In this document: piece after piece, positions 25,825 through 32,594 of the stretch
Numbering within the stretch: position 1 is the first letter of the stretch
How the letters are laid out: each line of letters begins with the position of its first letter
Source: a virus
Virus record (IMG/VR): IMGVR_UViG_3300036846_001448
Coordinates: 1 to 45,122 of that record
Strand: one strand, 5' to 3'
Length of the DNA stretch: 45,122 nt
The notes under the pieces: generated by a model
Databases searched by the model: none
Told to the model about the DNA's origin: nothing
What the model saw: the letters and a program-made list of their open reading frames with translations, nothing else
Position numbers and translations under genes: made by a program

Positions 25825-26787
25825 CTAGGGTTTGTCGAGCTCGGCCTCGAGCTTGGAGATCAGGGCGTCTCGGTCGAGGTTGCGGTTAGCTTTGAGCCAT
25901 TTGGATTGGGTCTCAGGACTCCAGCCGAGGAGCGCGAATGCCTTGGCCATCTGGGGATGAACGGGCTCCGGAGCGGGCTCCGGAGGCGCCTTCTCTGGCT
26001 GGCTGGCTTCGATCTGCGGAGCCTCATCCTGGTAGCCGTTGGGAACGAACGTGCCCGCGATCGCTTCCTCGACAGAGATGGTCTGAGTCCCTTGCTCGGC
26101 GGCCTGGTCGAGGTTAACGGCGGTCTGCACCTCGACCGATTTGGGCATGTATTTGAGCACCTGCATCAGGGCTACCTTGCGTCCGTACATTTCAAAATTG
26201 TTCTCGTTCTGGAGGGCGTAGTGCTTCTCCCCCTGGCGGTTGTAGCGGCGGAGGTGATTGGTCACTTTGTTGCGTGACCGGACCTCGATGATGGGCCACT
26301 CCGCGTTGCGGATCCGGCCCACCGCGTACACGTAGGAAAAGGGGGTCTCATCGTCGTCGCCGGGCTCGTGGCTGATGGAGGGATTGGTCCCTTTGTGATA
26401 CTCGAAGCGGTCTCCAGGATGGACGGCATCGGTCCATACCGAGGCGCGGCCGGAGCGGCCCACTAGGTCCACGTACCCTTGCCATCCCGGGACCAGGGTG
26501 CAGACTCCCTTGTACGGAACCAGGTATGCCTGGCCCATAACTCCGGGCTCGAGGCCCAGCTGGGCGGCGATGATGATGGAGGCGAAGATGGTTTTGGGGT
26601 CGCACTTGGCCAGATCTGGATTCTTGCGGAACTCGGTCAGCGCGATGCGCGCCATGCGGTCGGCATTCAGATGCCTGGGAAGGGCGGAGGCGATCTGATT
26701 TTTGTAGCCTTCGAGCATGTCGGGAAACGTCAGGGCCCGGGTTTTGGGGGCCAGTCCGGTGCTTTTCTTCAGTTCTGCGACAGTCAC
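25825..26787 (-). CDS. recT: RecT-family single-strand annealing recombinase
   Basis: Start set to GTG 26787 (SD AAGGAGA, GTGA overlap with the upstream gene). IASALPRHLNADRMARIALTEFRKNPDLAKCDPKTIFASIIIAAQLGLEPG..QAYLVPYKG...GWQGYVDLVGRSG matches the RecT family pattern. The track ORF extension to 26931 was rejected. Confidence 0.85.
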   Translation of the reverse strand: MTVAELKKSTGLAPKTRALTFPDMLEGYKNQIASALPRHLNADRMARIALTEFRKNPDLAKCDPKTIFASIIIAAQLGLEPGVMGQAYLVPYKGVCTLVPGWQGYVDLVGRSGRASVWTDAVHPGDRFEYHKGTNPSISHEPGDDDETPFSYVYAVGRIRNAEWPIIEVRSRNKVTNHLRRYNRQGEKHYALQNENNFEMYGRKVALMQVLKYMPKSVEVQTAVNLDQAAEQGTQTISVEEAIAGTFVPNGYQDEAPQIEASQPEKAPPEPAPEPVHPQMAKAFALLGWSPETQSKWLKANRNLDRDALISKLEAELDKP

Positions 26788-27023
26788 GGTTTCTCCTTGG
26801 GTTCGGGGGGTAGGGGTGGTGCGCTCAGGGCGCCCAAAGCCCAGCAGTAACGGCAGGGGCCGCCATTGTGCCAGCCGGCGCCCTCGCATTCCAGGCAGGT
26901 GGTGAGCCGCCTGGTTCCCCGACAGGTGCACGTCTTATCGTGTCTTCGGGCTTGGCTGTAGGGGCAGTTGAACGCCTGCTTGCTTAAGGCGCCCAGGGCT
27001 AAGACCTCACTGATGGCCACCAT
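26784..27023 (-). CDS. Small Cys-rich zinc-finger protein (DnaJ-type CxxCxGxG motif)
   Basis: 79 aa. ...CPYSQARRHDKTCTCRGTRRLTTCLECEGAGWHNGGPCRYCW... Translationally coupled between the exonuclease and recT genes. Confidence 0.6.
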   Translation of the reverse strand: MVAISEVLALGALSKQAFNCPYSQARRHDKTCTCRGTRRLTTCLECEGAGWHNGGPCRYCWALGALSAPPLPPEPKEKP

Positions 27024-27038
27024 GGGAAACCTCCAGAT

Positions 27039-27941
27039 TTAGGCCGCGCGGAAGACGCGGAAGGACGTGGGCTCGACGGTGAATCCCTTGCGTTGTTGCA
27101 GCTTGCGGGTGGCTAGCTTGTGGCCTTCGGAATCGACGATCTCGCTGCGATCGCCCATGAACTTGAAGATCTCGAGCTCCAGCAATTCGCGCTTGGCCTC
27201 ATCGCCGGCCACGCTTTTGCCCAGCAATTTGTGGTGGGCGATCATCGCGGCGATTTCCGGAGTCGCTTCGATGGCTCGTCCGAAGTCAATCGGCCAGGCC
27301 AGGTTGATGTCCTTGAGGGTGGTCACGGGGGGTGGGTTGCGAGTCTGGACCCGCTCCCAGAATTTTTCTGCCTCTTCTCTCAGCCAGGCGATGACCTCGT
27401 CGTCGCGCTCCACGCGGTAGATCCGGAGGTCGTCGGCGCCGATCAGGGCGGTACACAGGGTGCGATCACGGTCGGTGATCATCTGCCCGAACAGGAATTG
27501 GATGGCGTAGTAGTCGGGGATCTCGTCGCTTCCTTCCTCCCCCCACTCGTGCGCCTGCTGGGGGTGTACGGTCTTGACGTCGGCATTCTGAACCCCGTCG
27601 AGGTCCTGCCACTCAAAATCGATTTCGCAGCTGAGGAAGGGGAGTTCTTTGTCGAAGTAGCGCTGGTTGCGGGCGGTGATCTCGAGGTTGTAGTCCTGGC
27701 GGGCCATCTCCAGTACCACCGGCTCCAGCATCCGCCCCCGGCGGAACAGCTTTTCCCGGTCCGGATCGATGGGTTCGATATACTGGCCGGTCTTTTCGAG
27801 GTAGAGCTGGTAGGGGGTCTTCCAGGAGCTCTTGCCCACCACCGCGGCCATGTCCGATCCCCCCAGGAAGAGGGACCGGTCATGGGCCACCAGCGAGGCC
27901 TTCAATTGTTGGTTCAGGATCGCATCCACAGAAATCTCCAC
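27039..27941 (-). CDS. YqaJ-type (lambda Exo-like) recombination exonuclease
   Basis: 300 aa with a GTG start. LFLGGSDMAAVVGKSSWKTPYQLYLEKTG...RGRMLEPVVLEM...CEIDFEW...DVKTV matches the YqaJ viral recombinase pattern. Paired with RecT. Confidence 0.85.
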   Translation of the reverse strand: MEISVDAILNQQLKASLVAHDRSLFLGGSDMAAVVGKSSWKTPYQLYLEKTGQYIEPIDPDREKLFRRGRMLEPVVLEMARQDYNLEITARNQRYFDKELPFLSCEIDFEWQDLDGVQNADVKTVHPQQAHEWGEEGSDEIPDYYAIQFLFGQMITDRDRTLCTALIGADDLRIYRVERDDEVIAWLREEAEKFWERVQTRNPPPVTTLKDINLAWPIDFGRAIEATPEIAAMIAHHKLLGKSVAGDEAKRELLELEIFKFMGDRSEIVDSEGHKLATRKLQQRKGFTVEPTSFRVFRAA

Positions 27942-28186
27942 AGCAGGTAGAGGATGGAAACGAACCCCGCTTCGGCGGCCACGAGGAACAAAGCCACGCG
28001 CACGAAGAGGGGCAGGGGCCGGCGGCTCTGATTGCGGCCGGGGCGAAGAATGAGGGCGTGGGGGTAGGTCTTGGCGGGATGGACCGAGGCGATGGTTTCG
28101 TGGAGGACGAAAATAACCTGGCTGGCTTCCTCGCTGAGGGGTTGGTTTTCAGAGGATGGTTGAATAGAGGGCCATGAATATGACAT
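27914..28186 (-). CDS. Hypothetical protein with a C-terminal hydrophobic segment, first gene of the leftward early operon
   Basis: 90 aa with SD GGAGAG 7 nt upstream of ATG 28186. C-terminus PLFVRVALFLVAAEAGFVSILYLLWRFLW. Overlaps the exonuclease start by 28 nt. Confidence 0.5.
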   Translation of the reverse strand: MSYSWPSIQPSSENQPLSEEASQVIFVLHETIASVHPAKTYPHALILRPGRNQSRRPLPLFVRVALFLVAAEAGFVSILYLLWRFLWMRS

Positions 28187-28331
28187 GCAAGAACTCTCCT
28201 AGCACTGCTTAAACCGCTCGTACCCTGATTCTGTGCGGTCTATGCATGAATGACCCCTCATCGTAGTAAGCATCTAAACGCGATGTCAAGGCCGATTCTG
28301 TGCATAATTGGATAGAGGAGTACAACCTCTT
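28187..28331. promoter_or_regulatory. Divergent early control region with a 10-bp direct repeat (GATTCTGTGC at 28227-28236 and 28294-28303)
   Basis: 145-bp gap between divergent operons. The second repeat runs into TGCATAATT, an extended -10-like element. The first repeat overlaps a possible leftward -35. The promoter hexamers themselves are weak. Confidence 0.4.
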
Positions 28332-28589
28332 ATGAGCGACGAAAAGCCACATCAAGCCGTGAAATGGTTTACGACGCGAGAATTGGCGGGATTGTTGGGG
28401 ATGTCGATCGACCACCTCGGCGTCCTGCGCAACAAGCGGCTTGGTCCGCGCTACAAAAAACTGGGTCCGAATCCCCAATCTGCAGTCGTTTATTCGGAGC
28501 CCGACGTGGCCGAGTGGCAAGCCCGGCAGCTCACCATCGATACCACCTATCCGGACTACGGGCCGGCAAAAACGGGTGAGGAAGACTGA
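28332..28589 (+). CDS. Excisionase/AlpA-type (MerR-like HTH_17) DNA-binding protein, candidate early regulator
   Basis: Start set to ATG 28332 (SD GAGGAG). WFTTRELAGLLGMSIDHLGVLRNKRLGPRYKKLG....VVYSEPDVAEW fits the w.t..E.A..lg.S...l...r..g.gP...klG....v.Y....v..W pattern. Confidence 0.65.
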   Translation: MSDEKPHQAVKWFTTRELAGLLGMSIDHLGVLRNKRLGPRYKKLGPNPQSAVVYSEPDVAEWQARQLTIDTTYPDYGPAKTGEED

Positions 28590-28668
28590 TTATTTTGGCA
28601 GTCGCTATCGGGGTGAAGCCGTGTTTAATTAGCTAGGTTTTAAGTGAGGCACAGGAGCGCCTCCCCCA

Positions 28669-29049
28669 ATGGTGCAGTCCCCCGATTTTTACGAGGAGAT
28701 CGATGCGTCTTTTCATTGGCGGATCCAGGAACTGGTAGCTGACCCCGGGTGGTCTCGATCTACCGATTGGGACGCATATATATGCCTCGAGGAGCTAGGA
28801 GGTCTCAAAGCTTTGCTCGAAGAGGCGCAAGCGGTCACGATTCTCGTGGAGAAGAAAAGACAAGCAAGCACTCATAACCCTCATCCGGATCGTGAGCTGG
28901 ATCTGATTTTAGGTCTGCTCGATTTGCTTAAGGAGGAAGAAGCAGACTTTCGTCGTCACTTGTTTCCCGCTTGGGAAGGAGTTCACCGTTTGGTGCAGAT
29001 CCTTGCAGAAGCTTTCACACTACTGTATGAAGCTGTGATATGCATCTAA
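28669..29049 (+). CDS. Hypothetical helical protein (126 aa) in the lower-GC accessory cassette
   Basis: Clean ORF with protein-like composition and no recognisable motif. Confidence 0.5.
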   Translation: MVQSPDFYEEIDASFHWRIQELVADPGWSRSTDWDAYICLEELGGLKALLEEAQAVTILVEKKRQASTHNPHPDRELDLILGLLDLLKEEEADFRRHLFPAWEGVHRLVQILAEAFTLLYEAVICI

Positions 29050-29067
29050 GTAGCTAGTACAGGCTTA

Positions 29068-29586
29068 TTGATGGAAATGGCAATGTCTTCACCTCTTCCC
29101 GACGCGGGCCGAGAGCGCATTAGCATCAACGATCCTTCGTCGGAGCACGGAGACCTGGTACGGATGCGGACACGTTTGCTGCTGGAATTGGTGGATGAAT
29201 TAGGCCGAGACCGGCGCAAGGAAATCGTGGCCACCATACGAGCTCTTGATGAGGCCATCGCAACGCGTGTTCGGCGAGCTCCAGAGACGCCCTTTGGGCG
29301 CTTTAAGGATGTCCGCAGCGCTATCAAGCAACACCTATGTGAGCGCGGCTCGGCCGCACCGCCAGAGGAGATTGTAGAAGCTTTGTGGCAAGGAGGATTT
29401 CGCCGCGAGCCCGTGTCCATTGATAATCCTAGCGCTCAGCAAATTGAGGAGCACACCCGCACTCGGATAAGGAAGTCGCTCGGTTTTCATCTCAACAATC
29501 CTCGTGGCATTTTGGTCCACCTCTTTCGTGAGGAGCATGGCCTCGTAGGCTTATGGGACTGGGAAGCGGAGAGGTTCGAGCGGTGA
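29068..29586 (+). CDS. Hypothetical protein (172 aa) in the accessory cassette
   Basis: Clean ORF. Arg-rich helical N-half, possible winged-helix-like segment AIKQHLCERGSAAPPEEIVEALWQGGF. No confident family call. Confidence 0.5.
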   Translation: MMEMAMSSPLPDAGRERISINDPSSEHGDLVRMRTRLLLELVDELGRDRRKEIVATIRALDEAIATRVRRAPETPFGRFKDVRSAIKQHLCERGSAAPPEEIVEALWQGGFRREPVSIDNPSAQQIEEHTRTRIRKSLGFHLNNPRGILVHLFREEHGLVGLWDWEAERFER

Positions 29587-29774
29587 GCAGTTTAGAAACC
29601 ATCCGCGATCGAATCGTGCGGGCGGCCTTTTGTGCCTACATTATGGCCAAAGAAAATTGCGATCAGGACACGGCTCTCGGAATCATGACGCAGCTATGCG
29701 TGCTCTGCCAGCTCGCTCTTGGGATCAGTACTGAGGAGGCGTTTGCCGACGAGGTTAAAAGCAATGATGACTGA
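29583..29774 (+). CDS. Hypothetical small protein (63 aa)
   Basis: GTG 29583 overlaps the upstream stop (GTGA). The track start at 29553 would overlap by 34 nt. Confidence 0.4.
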   Translation: MSSLETIRDRIVRAAFCAYIMAKENCDQDTALGIMTQLCVLCQLALGISTEEAFADEVKSNDD

Positions 29775-30201
29775 GCAGCAAAAAATTGCTCTAGCGTTTC
29801 CTTGTGTGGAAGCGGAGCAGACCATCGACCGGCGCTTCTACTGGGAGATCGCCGACTGGAATCTTTGCCTGACGATGAACGTGGGCTTTGAGTGAATTGA
29901 GTTCTTTGATGGGTGGCCCGTGTGGCACGCCTCGATTGCCAGTCATGACCGCAAGCACCAGCGCACGCTGCACATTTCTGAATGGACCAGGGCGATGCAC
30001 GAAAAAGCGCGGAGAATTTTAACCGACAGTCTGCATGGCGTAGGCGGCGACTGGCAGATGTGGGAAGACGGCGAATGCGCCAAACACACTCGCCGCCGGC
30101 TTACTCCCGCGGAGATGCGGCGCCTCTTCCTGATCCTGCCCGAGGCGCCGGTCTTCACCCACGGCAAGGCGCTCGAATCCCTTGCCCTAATTAAGCCATG
30201 A
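29764..30201 (+). pseudogene. Hypothetical gene interrupted by a single in-frame TGA (29893-29895). This is a nonsense-disrupted gene, or two cistrons, or a read-through candidate.
   Basis: ATG 29764 opens MMTEQQKIALAFPCVEAEQTIDRRFYWEIADWNLCLTMNVGFE-TGA-IEFFDGWPVWHASIASHDRKHQ... The track ORF 29920-30201 (GTG start) is in the same frame (both coordinates are 1 mod 3). Confidence 0.45.
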
Positions 30202-30220
30202 CGCATACACGTCACGACGT

Positions 30221-30463
30221 CTAGACGCTGAGCTGCGGCAATCCTTTAGCCTTGAGCGCCAGGTTGAAGCCGGTCAGGGCCAGGGCCTGGAGGCTGGTGC
30301 CTTCGGACATGGCGACGGTTTGCAGGCGGATCCACTCGTGTTTGGGAAGGCGCACGGTGATGGCCACATTTGCTCCCCGGCCGCGGGTACGTTGGCCGGC
30401 GGCGGGGGGAGCGATTCTATTGGAGTGCTTCTGGGTAAAGGCTTGCAGTTGGTTCTTCTTCAT
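30221..30463 (-). CDS. Ribbon-helix-helix (CopG/ParG-like) DNA-binding protein, candidate centromere-binding partner of ParA
   Basis: 80 aa with SD AGGAGA. Basic disordered N-tail, then ANVAITVRLPKHEWIRLQTVAMSEGTSLQALALTGFNLALKAKG, the beta-strand/helix/helix pattern of RHH proteins. Last gene of the parA operon. Confidence 0.65.
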   Translation of the reverse strand: MKKNQLQAFTQKHSNRIAPPAAGQRTRGRGANVAITVRLPKHEWIRLQTVAMSEGTSLQALALTGFNLALKAKGLPQLSV

Positions 30464-30472
30464 ATGGTTCTC

Positions 30473-30604
30473 CTAGGCGGTCAATTGCTGTTCTGCTGGG
30501 GGCGCGGGGGCGGTGTTTTTGTGCGGAGCTTTTTGTTTGGCTTTGGCTAAATCGCGGTTTCTCTGGTGGCGCAGCCGGTCTCGGTCTCTGCGCTTTTGGG
30601 TCAT
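30473..30604 (-). CDS. Possible 43-aa highly basic peptide between parA and the RHH gene
   Basis: My own translation gives MTQKRRDRDRLRHQRNRDLAKAKQKAPHKNTAPAPPAEQQLTA. GAGGA lies 9 nt upstream, and the stop overlaps the SD of the RHH gene. Not in the ORF track (<60 aa), so weak. Confidence 0.3.
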   Translation of the reverse strand: MTQKRRDRDRLRHQRNRDLAKAKQKAPHKNTAPAPPAEQQLTA

Positions 30605-30660
30605 GTTGGGGGGTCCTCATGGGGTTAGTCTCTGCTTTCCTGGTTGAGGGTTGAGGTTGA

Positions 30661-31278
30661 TTATGAGAGTTGCTGCCTGAGCCACTTCCACAAGCAGCGC
30701 ACCTCGGCGGCGGCTTTGCCCTGGGATTCAAATTCGGTCACCGCGCGTCCTGAGGAGATGGCGCGCGAGTAGGCCCGGCGATCGGAGATCTGCCCGGGAA
30801 AGACGGGCAGACCGTAGGTGCGCAAGACGGTGCGCGACTCTTCGACCTCGGGGGCCCGCACGGGGCAGGCAGAGAGCACAAACACCGCCTGGCGGGAGAG
30901 TGCCCGAACCATGTCGACAGCTCGCCCTACGGCCACCAGGTCAAAGGCGGTAGGCCGGCAGGGGATGACCAGGAGATCGGAGCGCAGGGCGACCTGGGTG
31001 GCATCGGGCGCGGTATGGGGAGCGGTGTCGACCACCGCCAGGGTGGTTTCGTCAGAGCGCTCCCCATCGAGGACCGCGGCCAGCTGGGAAGCTGAAACTG
31101 TGACCACCGATGGATATTCAGCGGTGCGCGAGCTTTTCCAGATAGCCGCCGAACACTGGGGATCGGTGTCGATGATCACCACCTGCTCGCCGGCCTGCTG
31201 GGCGGCCACCGCGACGTGTACGGCGAGGGTGGTTTTGCCGGAGCCGCCTTTCTGGCCCAGGAGGGTGAGGACTTTCAC
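30661..31278 (-). CDS. parA: ParA/Soj-type partition ATPase (small type Ib form without an N-terminal HTH)
   Basis: 205 aa. Deviant Walker A MKVLTLLGQKGGSGKTTLA. Also VVIIDTDPQ and DLLVIPCRPTAFDL. Confidence 0.85.
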   Translation of the reverse strand: MKVLTLLGQKGGSGKTTLAVHVAVAAQQAGEQVVIIDTDPQCSAAIWKSSRTAEYPSVVTVSASQLAAVLDGERSDETTLAVVDTAPHTAPDATQVALRSDLLVIPCRPTAFDLVAVGRAVDMVRALSRQAVFVLSACPVRAPEVEESRTVLRTYGLPVFPGQISDRRAYSRAISSGRAVTEFESQGKAAAEVRCLWKWLRQQLS

Positions 31279-31511
31279 GCGGTTGGGCCCTCCGGGGCGT
31301 CATCATCGATTTCCTGTTCCAGTTTCTCGAGCACATTGATGCGCACTTCGTGGTCGAGGGCGATGCGCAGGGCATACTGGCGCAGGCGGTTCAGACCCAC
31401 CGCCATGCGGTTGACGTTCTTGGTTAGATCGCTTACGTCGTGGCTCAACAACTCCAGATGCGTAGTGAGGGCGTCGATGCGCTCATCGATGGTGCGGGGC
31501 TTGTTGTTCAT
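31275..31511 (-). CDS. Small coiled-coil protein (78 aa) upstream of and overlapping parA
   Basis: ATG 31511 (AAAGG upstream; alternative ATG at 31535). MNNKPRTIDERIDALTTHLELLSHDVSDLTKNVNRMAVGLNRLRQYALRIALDHEVRINVLEKLEQE. 4-nt overlap with parA. Confidence 0.5.
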   Translation of the reverse strand: MNNKPRTIDERIDALTTHLELLSHDVSDLTKNVNRMAVGLNRLRQYALRIALDHEVRINVLEKLEQEIDDDAPEGPTA

Positions 31512-31552
31512 TGGGCGCCTTTCAATTTTCTCCATCCGGCGGCCAGCAGTTG

Positions 31553-31690
31553 TCAAGCGGTGAACACAACTGCAAGGCATATTGTGACAAGGACCAAAAA
31601 CAACAAGATCCGCCACCAGAGGTAGATCTGGTAGGCCACGAAGGCAACCGTTAAAACGAGAGCAAAAAAAATTCCAAATGTGTTTTTCAT
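31553..31690 (-). CDS. Possible 45-aa double-TM hydrophobic peptide at the head of the par operon
   Basis: My own translation gives MKNTFGIFFALVLTVAFVAYQIYLWWRILLFLVLVTICLAVVFTA. There is no clear SD, and the start codon lies inside a 12-bp palindrome. Below the track cut-off. Confidence 0.35.
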   Translation of the reverse strand: MKNTFGIFFALVLTVAFVAYQIYLWWRILLFLVLVTICLAVVFTA

Positions 31691-31699
31691 GACGTCATG
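31688..31699. promoter_or_regulatory. Perfect 12-bp palindrome CATGACGTCATG at the start of the par operon
   Basis: Read directly. It overlaps the ATG of the 45-aa ORF, and related ATGACG/CGTCAT arms occur at 41197-41214 and 30198-30214. Confidence 0.5.
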
Positions 31700-31753
31700 G
31701 TATCACGGCGTAATGGCGCGGGGAGTGGTGCCGGAGGTTCCCTGCTTGACGGC

Positions 31754-31785
31754 ACAAAAAAGGCCGCGGGGTTTAGCCGCGGCCC
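31754..31785 (-). terminator. Rho-independent terminator on the minus strand after the 31808 gene
   Basis: GGCCGCGG (31762-31769) / CCGCGGCC (31777-31784) 8-bp stem. On the minus strand it is followed by TTTTTTG (plus-strand A-run 31756-31761). Confidence 0.7.
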
Positions 31786-31807
31786 AGGAGTTGGATGAAC
31801 TCTCTTT

Positions 31808-32059
31808 CTATCCCTTGGATTCTATCTCTTTCTGGCATTGGGGTTGGTGTTTTCTCAGTTCGCCGGTGGGAAGCTTGGCACCGCATTTGGTGCATGGGCG
31901 CAGCACCACGGGGCGGCCGCCGGTCTTCGCGCCTCGTTTGGCGGAGCGCCGGCGGTTGTACTCGCTGGTGAGATCTTCGTCGGGGATGGTAAATAAATCC
32001 CATGAAAGCCGATACTTCAAGTTGGCACCTCGTGGTATTCGCCGCCGACTGCACTCCAT
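31808..32059 (-). CDS. Small zinc-ribbon protein (83 aa)
   Basis: LSWDLFTIPDEDLTSEYNRRRSAKRGAKTGGRPVVLRPCTKCGAKLPTGELRKHQPQC has a CxxC...HxxxxC arrangement. The true start may be internal (TTG 32020). Confidence 0.55.
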   Translation of the reverse strand: MECSRRRIPRGANLKYRLSWDLFTIPDEDLTSEYNRRRSAKRGAKTGGRPVVLRPCTKCGAKLPTGELRKHQPQCQKEIESKG

Positions 32060-32193
32060 GTCCGGAGTGTGGCGAGCTGGTTTGTCCGGTTTGCGGCACT
32101 CACTACGCGGAGTGTGGCTGTCCTGGGCCCACCATAGATGAGTACGAGTACAAAGAAAAAGCGGGCAAGCTATACGCTCGCCAGCTTCGTTAA
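32002..32193 (+). CDS. Possible Cys-rich small protein (63 aa) on the opposite strand, overlapping both flanking minus-strand genes
   Basis: ADCTPCPECGELVCPVCGTHYAECGCPGPTIDEYEYKEKAGKLYA looks like a genuine zinc-ribbon protein, and it fills a 110-bp hole in minus-strand coding. No promoter room is evident. Confidence 0.4.
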   Translation: MKADTSSWHLVVFAADCTPCPECGELVCPVCGTHYAECGCPGPTIDEYEYKEKAGKLYARQLR

Positions 32194-32367
32194 CTTGCTT
32201 GTTTTGGGAACTGCTATCACTTCGCTACCCATTTGCCTTGCGGCTTTTTCAGCATCTTCTCTCGGGCCATATTTGCCGGAGCCGTTTTTCCCCCACCAGC
32301 AAATCACTTCTCCGCTGTCCACCATCACTATCTTGTACAGTTGGTTTTTCTTAGACTTTTGCATCAT
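32170..32367 (-). CDS. Hypothetical small protein (65 aa)
   Basis: Start set to ATG 32367 (ATGA overlap with the upstream gene). MMQKSKKNQLYKIVMVDSGEVICWWGKNGSGKYGPREDAEKAARQMGSEVIAVPKTSKL. The N-terminal 70 aa of the track ORF were rejected. Confidence 0.55.
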   Translation of the reverse strand: MMQKSKKNQLYKIVMVDSGEVICWWGKNGSGKYGPREDAEKAARQMGSEVIAVPKTSKLTKLASV

Positions 32368-32552
32368 GGCTTCTCCCGTGTAAACAGGGGTGTTTCTTTT
32401 ACGAACAGTTGTCGTGCCACCCATCCGGCTTCCGGCCGGCGGATAGTGATGCGGTTGGGACGGACTTCTTCGACGATGTAGCGGATACCATCGCGGACTA
32501 CCATCTCGCCGACCTGCAACGATTTGCGTTCTTGTAGTGTCATAGTTCTCAT
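32364..32552 (-). CDS. Hypothetical small protein (62 aa), first gene of a leftward operon
   Basis: SD AGGAG 10 nt upstream of ATG 32552. MRTMTLQERKSLQVGEMVVRDGIRYIVEEVRPNRITIRRPEAGW has an SH3/KOW-like beta character. Confidence 0.55.
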   Translation of the reverse strand: MRTMTLQERKSLQVGEMVVRDGIRYIVEEVRPNRITIRRPEAGWVARQLFVKETPLFTREKP

Positions 32553-32584
32553 ACTGCAACAACTCCTGACTTAATGTCAAGTGC

Positions 32585-32594
32585 TGCCCGTAAA
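32585..32594 (+). promoter_or_regulatory. Partial fourth copy of the conserved motif (TGCCCGTAAA)
   Basis: gtgcTGCCCGTAAAg, at the left edge of the 265-bp non-coding region that precedes the rightward late block. Confidence 0.3.

Noticed and set aside
30417-30731. 104-aa minus-strand ORF bridging the parA 3' end and the RHH gene
   Set aside because: It overlaps parA out of frame and is Pro/Arg/Gln/Ser-rich junk. A shorter 43-aa basic ORF in another frame fits the gap and SD spacing better, and is itself only weakly supported.
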